From a bacterium (GTDB taxonomy: Bacteria; RBG-13-61-14; DATKZS01): a stretch of DNA of 64,000 bases. Under the pieces are notes generated by a model. That model searched no databases and was not told the origin of the DNA. It worked only from the letters and a program-made list of their open reading frames with translations. How positions within the stretch are numbered: position 1 is the first letter of the stretch; every line of letters begins with the position of its first letter. Positions 52,393-62,357 of the stretch are shown piece by piece. Position numbers and translations under genes: made by a program. Location of the stretch: assembly GCA_963674965.2 (NCBI GenBank), contig CAXXFL010000001.1, positions 576,001-640,000 on the forward strand. The letters run 5' to 3'.

Positions 52393-52600
52393 GGGTGAGG
52401 AACCGCGCCGTGCTAAAGAACGTCGAGGAAAAGGGAGGCGGCCGCGTGCTGGTGACGACCGAGAACTCGGTCGAGATCGAGGGCGAGGAAAAACCCGCCA
52501 TGGTGGCCGAGTCGTTGGCCATGTTCTTCACCTGACAGGCGCGCGGGAGAGGGAGGGCGCCAGCGAGAACTATCGGCCGCCCCCAACATAACAGTTCTGC

Positions 52601-52727
52601 AGTTCTGGGGACAGCGTACTTAATTTGAAAATCAACTGGGTTCCTCGACGATGAATATTGATGAAATATTCATAAACGCCTCTCTAGCCTTAAATAAAGG
52701 CGAGATAAGTATGCTGTCCCCAGATCT
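52601..52727. mobile_element. 127-bp TIR element, copy 3, followed by three partial end copies to 52771
   Basis: Appears identical to copy 2; then TGCTGTCCCCAGATCT, CAGATCT, GTCCCCAGATCT. Confidence 0.85.
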
Positions 52728-52887
52728 CTGCTGTCCCCAGATCTCGCTCGCAGATCTCGGTCCCCAGATCTCGCGAGGCGACCGTAAACAAAAGGCCGCC
52801 CCGCCCCTCCCTCAATAACTTGCCACCAGATATGGGTTTGGTATAATCCTTCATAAGCGGCGCTGACGCCTTAAGCTTACCGGCCAG

Positions 52888-52930
52888 GTATCCCATAGCT
52901 CGCTATGTGGGCGAGCGCGGCGAGCGGGTC
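52888..52930 (+). repeat. Degenerate REP-like hairpin of the 14024 family
   Basis: GTATCCCATAGCTCGCTATGTGGGCGAGCGCGGCGAGCGGGTC. Confidence 0.75.
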
Positions 52931-53025
52931 GGCAAGATCGAATCGAATTTAAGGCACGAACTGATTACTTCGGTCGCGGATGTGGGGATGCGCTTTACCC
53001 GCTAAAGTTAAATGAGACAATTTCA

Positions 53026-56000
53026 ATGAAGAGAAAAGACCCTGATATTAAAAAAGCTGAATTGCCGAGCATGCTTAATGAGTTTCGGATTGCTCTTGAA
53101 AGCGAAATAGAGGCTGCAAAAAAAAATGCCGCGATGGGTAAAATCCAAATTATAAACGGCCACAGGATTTATCAGATCGCTCAACGCTATCAATATATTT
53201 TCGATATAGAAAACGCTCTCAATGTGCCAAATGACAGTCCCGCTGATCTTATTATTGAAAATCGTGATCCGATTGAGGCATACATTGTTTCTGTGGATGG
53301 ATTGAAAATTACATTAAGCGTTCCAGAAGATATTGGCAACCTAATTCCAAACGCCTATCTCAGTACGGATATGACCTTTTTGTTGCGAAAGCTAATTTTT
53401 CGTATCGAAGAAAATGCAGACTCACCAAATCCAGTAGGGAACAGAGTACTAGGAATTTCCAAGCCGTCTGGCCATCCTATACAAATTTCCGCAAAGAATC
53501 TTAATCGGGAGCAAGAACGCGCTGTTAGCTTTAGTGTTGGTCGAGATATCACTTTCATTGCCGGCCCTCCTGGAACAGGTAAAAGCAAAACAATTGGCTC
53601 GATTGGAGTTGAACTCAATAATAGAAATAGAAGCGTCTTATTAGTTTCTCATACAAATATAGCCGTTGACCAGGCTTTACTGTATATAGGAAAATCAGAT
53701 GAAATATCAAGAGAAGAAATAACCAGCGGAAAGATTATCAGAATTGGAGACCCCTTTGATAAAAGCTTAAAGGAATGTCCAGAACTGCTCATCTCAACGC
53801 ATGTTGACAGAATTTCGAAGGAATTGAAAGAAAAGCAACAAAAATTGAAAACAGAATTTACTAATGCCAATGAAAAACTAATAGTCCTTTCAGAAAAGTT
53901 AATTTTACTTGAATGGGTCGATGACGCTCCTTCGCGAATAAACCGCGTTAAAAAATCAATAAAGATGTTTCATAATATGGAGAATGATGCAGATAAGAAA
54001 CTCGAAGAAAAGAGAAATCTGAAGAAAACTTTAGATGGGATGTCAAAATCCGTGGCCGATGCTTTCAAAATTAGAGAGATATCGGAGAAACTATTAGACC
54101 TACATGACACGCTAAACGCAATAGAAAAACAAATAACAGAACACCGAGTGAACTCCGAAAAAGAGAGCGACCAACTACTGAAGCACTTCAATTTATTAGA
54201 AAAATCTTGTGAAAGTGGATGGATGAAAAGAAAATGGAGAGGCCTTCCTCATCCAGAAGAACAGCGAGAGATAATAAGGGGATTATGCGACAGCTTAGAA
54301 CTGCAGAATATAATACTGTACTCATTGCTATTAAAAAAGAGAGCAGAATCTCAGAAAAAGATCGATTTTGAGAAACAAATAGATCGTTTCCAAAGTCTTT
54401 ACCAGGAGAATTTTAAATCAATACTCGATAAATCAAAATTAATCGCCGACAGGTTGACAACTCTTTATACGATAATAAAAGACCATGAAAAGGAAAAGAT
54501 AATTTTTCACAAAAAAATCGAGCAAGAACTTTGCAATATGCTCATAGTCTGCAAGGAAGCAAAATTAACTGACGGAAAACAGGGCAGCGTAGAAAATATG
54601 ATTGAATCGATCGAGAATGCTTATATTCTTGCAGCTTCAAAAGTTAGCGGCCTAGATATAGAAACTCTACAGAATGAAATAAAGAATATAAACGATTCTG
54701 CAAGGACAATGAGGATGAAGATTGACAAGATCGATGAATCTTTAAATAATGTGCAGGAAAAGTTGATCTCAGATGCATCGATAATTGCAACGACGCTAAC
54801 TAGGGTCTACTTAAATGATTTCATTCAGGCCAGGCATTTTGATACCGTTATCCTTGACGAGGCATCTATGGCGCCTATTCCTTCGCTATGGATTGCGGCA
54901 AATTTGGCAAAAAATAATGCGGTTGTTGTCGGAGACCGAAAACAACTATCACCGATCGTTCAGTCAGAAAACGACTTGGCAAAAGAGTGGCTTGGAAAAG
55001 ATATTTTTGAAAAATCCGGAGTCTATAAGAGTCAATCCAAATTTGATTGCTTAGTACCTCTAAAAGAGCAATTCAGGATGCATCCCCAGATATCAGCAAT
55101 TTCAAATAGCCTTATATACGATGGTCAGTTAACAAATGGCCCGGGTACTGATGAAGATTCAAGCTTAGATGCCTGGTATAATAGATGGGACTATGACCAA
55201 CCCGTCTTGCTAATAGATACTGGACCAACAAACGCTTGGGTAACGGCAGTCCCAAAGGGGAAAAGAGCAAGTAGGTTAAATTTTCTATCTGCCTCTATTT
55301 GTGTAGGTATCGCCGAGCAGCTTTTAAAAGATGGGCGGCCTAAGCTCGATATGGGCGCTAAACCTCGAATATTAATCGTCTGCCCATACAGAGCGCATGC
55401 TACTTTATTGGATATTCTTATTAAAGAAAGCGGACTGAATGGTGAAGTTGCCGCTGGGACGGCCCATAATTTCCAGGGTTCTGAGGCTGACGTTGTAATA
55501 GCAGACTTTGTTATAGATGAGCCACATTGGAAAGCAAATCTGTTCATTCCAAAACTGAACGATGAAATGAAAAGGCTACTCAACGTCGCGTTAACTCGAG
55601 CCAGAAAACGCTTAATAATCGTCGGCGACTATGATTATATTATGCAAAAAGGCAAAAAGTCATTCGCGGGCGTTGAATTAGTACCATTCCTAAAGAAAAA
55701 ATATCGAAAGATTAACGCGGTTGAGGCCGTTGAATGCAACATCTTCGAAAACGCCGCTTCCGCTCAGAAGCTCATTTACCCAGGCGTAATAGTTCCAAAT
55801 GCTTCTCGTTTAATTATGAATCAAGACGTTTTCTACAATATTTTTACCGAGGATATTAACAACGCTAATAAACGTATTGTAATCTTCTCTCCGTTTATTT
55901 CGCAAGATAGAATTAATAAATTGATGCCTCAAATGCAGGCCGCCATCAGTAGGGGAATTAAAATATTCGCAATAACCAAGGATATTCGTGAGAGGAGTAA

Positions 56001-56571
56001 TTATGAAAGACCTGTCTATCACAAACTTGAAAAGCATCTTGCTGATTGCGGCATAGTGGTTATTCACAAGAAAGGGATGCATGAAAAAGTAGTTTTTATC
56101 GACGATGAAATTATTTGGACGGGTTCATTAAATCCATTGAGCTATAAAAATACTCAAGAGTTGATGGAAAGAAGGGTGAGTTTAAAAGTTTACGAAGATT
56201 ACATAAAAACATTAAGAGTAGATGAGCTAGTCAGCCCTTATGACGGAAAACAACATAAATGCCCTATTTGTGGTTCTGAAATGATTGCAAGCGAGGGTAA
56301 TCTGCAACCCTATTTTTGGAGATGCCCTTCTGAATCCTGCTATACTCGCAACATCGATGAAACACCAATTCAAGGAGATATCTTATTTTGTTCAAAATGC
56401 GGTGGGGAATTGGAGCCAGGAGAGTGGGGAGAAAAGCCTTGCTGGCGGTGTACACAAGACAAACGGCATAGAATGAAGATGTCTTGTACCCACTTAAAAC
56501 TTCCGCACATGAAAAATAAAATAGATCCAGATCAACTCATTAAAATAAAAGCCCACTTAGGGTGCAAATAG
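53026..56571 (+). CDS. SF1 (Upf1/Dna2-like) helicase with coiled coil, PLD-like nuclease and zinc ribbons
   Basis: GPPGTGKS, SHTNIAVD, DEAS, GDRKQL, QFRMHP, FQGSE, NVALTRA; SPF and MHEKVVFIDD; CPICG and CSKCG; AT-rich. Confidence 0.92.
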   Translation: MKRKDPDIKKAELPSMLNEFRIALESEIEAAKKNAAMGKIQIINGHRIYQIAQRYQYIFDIENALNVPNDSPADLIIENRDPIEAYIVSVDGLKITLSVPEDIGNLIPNAYLSTDMTFLLRKLIFRIEENADSPNPVGNRVLGISKPSGHPIQISAKNLNREQERAVSFSVGRDITFIAGPPGTGKSKTIGSIGVELNNRNRSVLLVSHTNIAVDQALLYIGKSDEISREEITSGKIIRIGDPFDKSLKECPELLISTHVDRISKELKEKQQKLKTEFTNANEKLIVLSEKLILLEWVDDAPSRINRVKKSIKMFHNMENDADKKLEEKRNLKKTLDGMSKSVADAFKIREISEKLLDLHDTLNAIEKQITEHRVNSEKESDQLLKHFNLLEKSCESGWMKRKWRGLPHPEEQREIIRGLCDSLELQNIILYSLLLKKRAESQKKIDFEKQIDRFQSLYQENFKSILDKSKLIADRLTTLYTIIKDHEKEKIIFHKKIEQELCNMLIVCKEAKLTDGKQGSVENMIESIENAYILAASKVSGLDIETLQNEIKNINDSARTMRMKIDKIDESLNNVQEKLISDASIIATTLTRVYLNDFIQARHFDTVILDEASMAPIPSLWIAANLAKNNAVVVGDRKQLSPIVQSENDLAKEWLGKDIFEKSGVYKSQSKFDCLVPLKEQFRMHPQISAISNSLIYDGQLTNGPGTDEDSSLDAWYNRWDYDQPVLLIDTGPTNAWVTAVPKGKRASRLNFLSASICVGIAEQLLKDGRPKLDMGAKPRILIVCPYRAHATLLDILIKESGLNGEVAAGTAHNFQGSEADVVIADFVIDEPHWKANLFIPKLNDEMKRLLNVALTRARKRLIIVGDYDYIMQKGKKSFAGVELVPFLKKKYRKINAVEAVECNIFENAASAQKLIYPGVIVPNASRLIMNQDVFYNIFTEDINNANKRIVIFSPFISQDRINKLMPQMQAAISRGIKIFAITKDIRERSNYERPVYHKLEKHLADCGIVVIHKKGMHEKVVFIDDEIIWTGSLNPLSYKNTQELMERRVSLKVYEDYIKTLRVDELVSPYDGKQHKCPICGSEMIASEGNLQPYFWRCPSESCYTRNIDETPIQGDILFCSKCGGELEPGEWGEKPCWRCTQDKRHRMKMSCTHLKLPHMKNKIDPDQLIKIKAHLGCK

Positions 56572-56589
56572 AGCACCGCCGCGCGGGTT

Positions 56590-56673
56590 CGCCCCTCTCA
56601 GGGGCGGGCGTTAATCGGGCAAGTCCTCCGTAGGCCGATGACCTACGGCTATTCAAGTTATACCCCTTCGGGG
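56590..56673. repeat. Three-palindrome REP-like cluster at the right edge of the helicase island
   Basis: CGCCCCT-CTC-AGGGGCG, CCGTAGG-N7-CCTACGG, CCCC-TTC-GGGG. Confidence 0.7.
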
Positions 56674-56803
56674 AAGCGCGTGGGCGCCGATATTATCTTG
56701 CCATACCCCGGAGCGGCGGGAATGCCTATACGTTAACAACCAACGAGCGGATATTTGGGGGCGGTTAAAGGCTGGGCCGATTTGGTCCCGCGCTTATGCG
56801 CGA

Positions 56804-58831
56804 TCACTTTCCACACTCCTGGTCCCACTGCTTTGCCGGCGCGTAGAGGGTGGGGACGCCGTCGCGGGCGAGGGAGTGGAGGAAGCAGGAGTATTGATAC
56901 CTTGTTTCGTGGCGCTGGAAATTTATGTTGTGGCCGTCGGGCGGGGGGAGTTCCTCGTACTGGGTGGCCGCGGCGGTGACGGGTCCGTGCGGGCCTTGGC
57001 GGTTGCCTCGGACCGGGTAATCGAGGTTTTTTAAGCCGCCGACCTCGAGGGCCTGCCGGGTCCCCGGGATGATTTGAGGTCCGGCCAAATCTAGGCCGAT
57101 GCTCAGGATTGACGCGTTCTGAGTCGAGGGCGGGAAGTAGTGGTCGTTGGTCCCGAAGGCGCAAAGCACGTGCTTGGCCTTGTTTCCGGGGAGTGGCCGC
57201 TTGTAGTAGAGGGGTTCGTAGGCGAAGGGGTCGGCGGGCGCGAGCACAATGGCCAGCATATTCAGGAGTGGGTGGTACCTGTCCATGCCGAGCAGGCCCT
57301 CGCCCGTGCCCAGTCCTTTCTTTTTTAGCCTCTTCAGGTTGAACTGGTTTCCCTCCGCTATCTGAAGCGCCCAATAAGGCCCGTGGCCGGAGGGAATGAC
57401 GGCGGCCAGGCCCGGCTCGATCCCCGCCCATGTCCCCTGCGTAATGCTTCCCATCGACTGGCCCATGCTGGAGATAAGGTCCGGGTCGAACCTTATTTCT
57501 TGGCCGTTGGACGAAAGGGGGCAAAGGGCGGGGTCTATCTCGAGCTGCCGGAGCATTCTGAGGAAAAGCCCGGCCTCAAGGGAGGATTGAAGGAAATTGT
57601 CGCGCACGGCCTCGGGATTCAGGAAGTTGTAAAAGCCCGTCTTGCCCGCGCTTCCGCCGCGCTCCTGGTTTTTGAGTTGGGCCGCTCCGGCCATGGCGTA
57701 GCCCCGGCGGGCCATGACCATGGCCGGTCCCGTTCCGGGCGGCGAAGGCTCGCCGTCGGCCGAGACCACGCCCCGGTCCACGAACTGGGTGGAAATACCC
57801 GAGGTCCCGTGGTGGAACATGAGGAGGGGGAATCCCTTCTCGGGCATGACGCTTTTGGGTATGGTCACGCAAAAGGGCGCTCGGTCCATGGCCTGGATCA
57901 GGGGAAGACCGTTCTCGTCGAAAACGAAAGTTCCCCCTTTTCCATGGTGATAAGGATACTCGCCCTCCTGGTACAGCGGCATGAGCGCCGCGCCCTCGAG
58001 GACGTAAAAGTCGGGATACTCGCGGGTGACCGTAAGCGGCTCGATTATTTGGACGGGAGGATCGGCGACGGCGCCATCAAACAGACCCCGCAAGCGGGAA
58101 GTGGGATCGCCCGTCCGAAAGGCGGTGAGCGCGGCCAAATTTCCAGCATGAATTCCGGTCTCCGCCAAAGAGGCGAGGACGGGACAATAAACCTCGAGCG
58201 CTTTTTGGCCAAGGTCTCCAGGCGGGACCTTTCCCGCGGCCATCATGCCCAGCGCCGGGCAGGGGGAGACGTCCGTTCCGCCGGCGTCTTGCAAGTCCGA
58301 GGTCACGCCGGCGGCGTAGAGGGTATTCTCGCGGAGTACCACGCCGGGTACGGGCATGACGGCCAAAAGGTTATCCCCCCCGCGAAGCCATCTCGAGTTC
58401 TTATTATAGAACCGGGCCATAAGGGGAAATTTTTTTCCCCGCTCGGGCGAGTCGGGATCGACGTCCATGAGGAAAAGAGGCGAGTTTTCCGGCAGAGGCG
58501 TTTTGGGATGGCCAAGCCAGGTCTCGCCGATAGGTCCGGAAAACTTGAAATATATGGCCGGCCCCGTCGAGTAGCCGTAACCCGACTTGACGGCCGCTTT
58601 GACGCGCTCGACCATTTTCAGTCCCAGGGGATTGGGAAAGTCGTCAACGTCGATTTTTCCGTCCTGGTCGCGGCGAAGCTCGGTGGGAAAGGGCAGGCTG
58701 AAGAACCCGCCCTGACCGGAAAGATCGAAGATAAAAATGGTGGGCGGCCTGGAATCACCCGCGCCGGATAGTATCAAGACCAGGGTAAGGCATAGCGTCC
58801 AGAAGAAACCCCGCCGGTAGTTCTTGCTCAT
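56804..58831 (-). CDS. Exported alpha/beta-hydrolase-fold protein
   Basis: Signal peptide; PFPT, HGT.G, GQSMG nucleophile elbow, G..DHY, DGH. Confidence 0.75.
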   Translation of the reverse strand: MSKNYRRGFFWTLCLTLVLILSGAGDSRPPTIFIFDLSGQGGFFSLPFPTELRRDQDGKIDVDDFPNPLGLKMVERVKAAVKSGYGYSTGPAIYFKFSGPIGETWLGHPKTPLPENSPLFLMDVDPDSPERGKKFPLMARFYNKNSRWLRGGDNLLAVMPVPGVVLRENTLYAAGVTSDLQDAGGTDVSPCPALGMMAAGKVPPGDLGQKALEVYCPVLASLAETGIHAGNLAALTAFRTGDPTSRLRGLFDGAVADPPVQIIEPLTVTREYPDFYVLEGAALMPLYQEGEYPYHHGKGGTFVFDENGLPLIQAMDRAPFCVTIPKSVMPEKGFPLLMFHHGTSGISTQFVDRGVVSADGEPSPPGTGPAMVMARRGYAMAGAAQLKNQERGGSAGKTGFYNFLNPEAVRDNFLQSSLEAGLFLRMLRQLEIDPALCPLSSNGQEIRFDPDLISSMGQSMGSITQGTWAGIEPGLAAVIPSGHGPYWALQIAEGNQFNLKRLKKKGLGTGEGLLGMDRYHPLLNMLAIVLAPADPFAYEPLYYKRPLPGNKAKHVLCAFGTNDHYFPPSTQNASILSIGLDLAGPQIIPGTRQALEVGGLKNLDYPVRGNRQGPHGPVTAAATQYEELPPPDGHNINFQRHETRYQYSCFLHSLARDGVPTLYAPAKQWDQECGK

Positions 58832-58849
58832 CGAAAGGTAGGGCCTTCC

Positions 58850-59962
58850 TCATCCGTCCACGGGATGGATATCTCGGGTGAAGTAATCCCTTATGCTCTC
58901 GGGCAGGATTTCCGGACCGGGACATTCCCGCAGCATTTCGTCAAGGGGCCTGGAGTTGTAAGTCGAGAGGAACAGGCCCCGCGACTTGGACCTGGCCGGG
59001 ACCCCCATAAAGTCCATGAAGGCGGCCATGTTCTTTCCCGAATAGGTGCCCTCGAGTTTAATGCCCTCGAGCTCGGCCGCCTCCTTGATGGCGTCCACTC
59101 CCTTTTTGGTGTAATGGGCGTATCCCGCGCCGAAGTAGTCATGCTCGATATGGATTTCCTCGGGCGCGGTCTCGGCGTTGGGAATGGAAGGGTCTATTTT
59201 GCGCAGGTATTGCAAGGCCTTGTTGGCCATATGGGCCATCCTTTTCTCGGTGGCCATGAACTTGTCCACCACCCTGACCCCGACGGGCTGGCTGGCCAGT
59301 CCCGCCAGCTTGAGTCCCAGCGCCAGGCCGGCGAAGGTGCCGCCCGATCCGATGGGCGCGAAGACGAACTCGGGCTCGGGCATGACTCCCGACTCGATTT
59401 GGGTCGCGATCTCGAAGGCGGCCTCGACGTAGCCGATGACCCCGAGGGTCGAGGACCCTCCCGGCCCGAGCATGTAAGGCCGCCGGCCGGACTTAATCCA
59501 TTCCCTGACGTAGACCTTGCCCGCCGCCAGGATAGCCCCGCCAAAGCCGCCCACCGGCTCGATCTCGCATCCCATCATGCCGTTACAAAGGATGTTGTCC
59601 CGAAGGTTCTCCTGGACCGGCTGAGGCACGAAAATACCCACCGTGCCCAGCCCGGCCTTTTTCGCGTAAATGGTCGTGGCCAGAACGTGGTTCGAGCCCA
59701 CGGCCCCTACCGTGATGACGGGACCGCTTCGGCGTCGGACCGCGTCGGCCAAGATGAACTCGAGCTTTCTGACCTTGTTGCCCCCGTATTCCTCGCCGGA
59801 AAGGTCGTCCTTTTTAATATAGAGGTCCGAGCATCCCAGCTTTTGGCCCAGCTTTTCCATTTTACAAACGGGCGTTGGAAAGCTTCCCAGCGGCATCCAG
59901 GGAATCTTCTCCGCCAGGCGTGGAAATCTGCCGAAAAGGTATGGCTCCTTTCTTGTATCCAT
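58850..59962 (-). CDS. D-cysteine desulfhydrase/ACC deaminase family PLP enzyme
   Basis: PTP, KKDDL, GGNKVRKLEF, GSNH, GSGGT, YSGK; start moved to 59962. Confidence 0.9.
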   Translation of the reverse strand: MDTRKEPYLFGRFPRLAEKIPWMPLGSFPTPVCKMEKLGQKLGCSDLYIKKDDLSGEEYGGNKVRKLEFILADAVRRRSGPVITVGAVGSNHVLATTIYAKKAGLGTVGIFVPQPVQENLRDNILCNGMMGCEIEPVGGFGGAILAAGKVYVREWIKSGRRPYMLGPGGSSTLGVIGYVEAAFEIATQIESGVMPEPEFVFAPIGSGGTFAGLALGLKLAGLASQPVGVRVVDKFMATEKRMAHMANKALQYLRKIDPSIPNAETAPEEIHIEHDYFGAGYAHYTKKGVDAIKEAAELEGIKLEGTYSGKNMAAFMDFMGVPARSKSRGLFLSTYNSRPLDEMLRECPGPEILPESIRDYFTRDIHPVDG

Positions 59963-60251
59963 CAAGCACCCCCTAGTCGTAAAGAGAGCATACCCGCCAA
60001 TCCGGATAAAGGCAAAGGAATCCGGCCTCGGGAACTTATGGGAGCGATCGGCCTCATATCTTGAAACTCGGCCGGGTTGAATTTGCCGAAAACATGGTTT
60101 AAATAAAGAAGATGTCGCGGGAGAAACCGTAAGGGGCAAAAATTTTTTGTCCTTGACAAGAGATTCTGGGAAATGGCATAATACGTTAAAAGCATTCCCT
60201 GGCGAGAAGGGGAACGCGGACTTTGCTTCGGTATCGGAAAACATACAAATA

Positions 60252-61289
60252 ATGGAAGCTGGCAAGGACAATCGAAAGGATCGCGAGATTACCCTGCTCG
60301 TCATGCGTGACGTGATGGACGAGCCCGTACAATACAGGGTAAAGGTGAGGACCATCAAAATGGCCCTTTTCTCCATCGTGGGCCTTCCCCTTTTGCTTTT
60401 AATGACGCTGGTCACGGCGGGCGCCAAGTGCGCCGTCACCGAGAACCGCTACGCCGCCATGGAGAGCGTCTATGGCAAGGTAGCCGGACGTTATTGCGTT
60501 TCCTCCTCCAAGCTCATGGAGCTTCGCGAGCGCCTCGAGTCGGTCGAGCTTGAATTTCAAAGCAGCAAAAAAAGGGCCCGCTCGGTTATCTCCGACGTGG
60601 AGACCGACCTTAAGCGCTGGTCGCCCGCGGACAATCCCAACGGGATGGGCGGCCCTCTTGACCTCATCAACGGCGATAAAGAAGGAGAAGGTCTGGAAGA
60701 CGACTCTCTTCCCCTTTCCACTTCCCAGATAGAACAGGTCCAGGACCTCGAGCAGCGCCTGGCCCTTCTCGACGCTAGGCTTAAATCCTATGACAAGGCC
60801 ATCGAGGAGTTGGAGAAGGTCAGGGAGGAAAAGGTTTCTCTTTTTGGCGCCCTGCCCTCGATATGGCCGGTGGAAGGCCGGATAAGCTCGCCCTTTGGTC
60901 CCCGGGTCCATCCCATCAGCGGGGTCATGAAGATGCACACAGGCATAGATATAGCCGCCGAAAGGGGAACCAAAATATACGCTCCGGCTCCGGGCGTGGT
61001 AACTTTTTCCGATAGAAAGGGCGGATACGGTAACGCGCTGATAATCGATCACGGCTATGGCGTATCCACGCTTTACGGGCATTGCCAAACCCTCCTGGTT
61101 TCCGCGGGACACACCGTTAAAAAGGGCCAGGTCATCGCCCTGGTTGGAAGCACGGGTTACTCGACCGGTCCTCATCTCCACTTTGAAACCAGGCTTAACG
61201 ACATCCCGGTGGACCCGATGCAATACCTCAGCGTCTACTCGCCCGGGCCCGAGGACGAAGACCAGTGCCAATACGCGAGGAATCAATAA
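60252..61289 (+). CDS. M23 family metallopeptidase
   Basis: TM plus coiled coil; PSIWPV.G, HTGID, YGH, STGPHLHFE. Confidence 0.93.
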   Translation: MEAGKDNRKDREITLLVMRDVMDEPVQYRVKVRTIKMALFSIVGLPLLLLMTLVTAGAKCAVTENRYAAMESVYGKVAGRYCVSSSKLMELRERLESVELEFQSSKKRARSVISDVETDLKRWSPADNPNGMGGPLDLINGDKEGEGLEDDSLPLSTSQIEQVQDLEQRLALLDARLKSYDKAIEELEKVREEKVSLFGALPSIWPVEGRISSPFGPRVHPISGVMKMHTGIDIAAERGTKIYAPAPGVVTFSDRKGGYGNALIIDHGYGVSTLYGHCQTLLVSAGHTVKKGQVIALVGSTGYSTGPHLHFETRLNDIPVDPMQYLSVYSPGPEDEDQCQYARNQ

Positions 61290-61444
61290 CCCGGCTCTCC
61301 AGCTTGGTTTTACCCTCCCTTATTACATGCTATTATTTTCGCTGACCGATATTGAACTGGGCGTCAGGTTATGCTTTTGGAACCCGGGACCTGATATTGA
61401 GGTCGTAAAGTATATCCCGCCCATGAAAAAACGGAGCGTTTCAA

Positions 61445-62257
61445 ATGAGCAAGACGAAATTGTTTTCTAACTTGGCGGCGATGGCCTGGCTGGCCGCGTT
61501 ACTTGGTTTGGGCTTATACGTTTCCGCCCTCGAGAAGCCTTTATATGAGGGTAATTACGAGGATGGAGAGTATCCTGAGATACTGCCGAGCAAGAACGCG
61601 ATTTACGTGGAGGACCAGTATCGGGCCCGGGGAATAGCTCATAGGACCAGGCGGCTGGAGGAGGATTTCGCATGGATCAAGGAACAGTACGAAAAAATCG
61701 AGCCATTCCAGGAGCCGGCCGATGGAAAGCTGACCCTCGAGCACGTGGATAAATACGTGACCGCCGTCGATTCGTACGCCCGGGACAACAGGGACTTTAA
61801 AAAGAACAGGATCGGCGATAGGCCAAGCGTTTTTTCCGTCTTCGCCTACGTGGGAATGGCCAACAGCCTTTACGAGTACACCAAAACCAAAGCTTTCGTC
61901 AAGGCCGGCATTACCGAGGAGGAATTCGACTGGATAAGGGATAAAATTCTATGGGCGGCCCTTTTCAGCGCTCAATATAATCTGGACCACAATGAGCCGA
62001 CCGGCCTGGATAAAGAACATCTGGAAAAAATGATAAGGTCGATTTATTTCGTTCTTGGCATATTTACGCACGAGGAGCAGGGGGACGTCTTTCATCCGGA
62101 CAGGCTGAAGCTGGATCAAGTGCCGGTTCACGACCTGACTATCTTTCTCGATAATTATCAGAGGATACAGTACCAGAAAGTTCACTTCGATACGCCCACT
62201 AATATAACGTTCGACAAAGAGGCCATATTGGAAGCGGCGCGGAATAATACCCCCTGA
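61445..62257 (+). CDS. Hypothetical membrane-anchored protein
   Basis: 270-aa ORF with N-terminal TM and host-like codon usage. Confidence 0.75.
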   Translation: MSKTKLFSNLAAMAWLAALLGLGLYVSALEKPLYEGNYEDGEYPEILPSKNAIYVEDQYRARGIAHRTRRLEEDFAWIKEQYEKIEPFQEPADGKLTLEHVDKYVTAVDSYARDNRDFKKNRIGDRPSVFSVFAYVGMANSLYEYTKTKAFVKAGITEEEFDWIRDKILWAALFSAQYNLDHNEPTGLDKEHLEKMIRSIYFVLGIFTHEEQGDVFHPDRLKLDQVPVHDLTIFLDNYQRIQYQKVHFDTPTNITFDKEAILEAARNNTP

Positions 62258-62357
62258 AAAACCAACGTAATTTGGAGAACAAACGGCAACGGCCAGCCGG
62301 CCTCCAAGGATTGTTATTGATTCCGGCCTGGGCCGCCCGCGGGATCGGGGAAAACGA

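Larger units (their letters stand above)
52053..52727 (+). repeat. Tandem duplication of a ~340-bp unit (maoC 3' end, spacer, TIR element)
   Basis: 52053..52392 and 52393..52727 are near-identical except around the left-end stutter. Confidence 0.95.

Noticed and set aside
52316-52591. 91-aa ORF, and 52690..52896
   Set aside because: Both are built from the repeat element and out-of-frame duplicated maoC sequence.
60180-60250. Riboswitch in the M23 gene leader
   Set aside because: Only a weak hairpin; no known aptamer consensus recognised.
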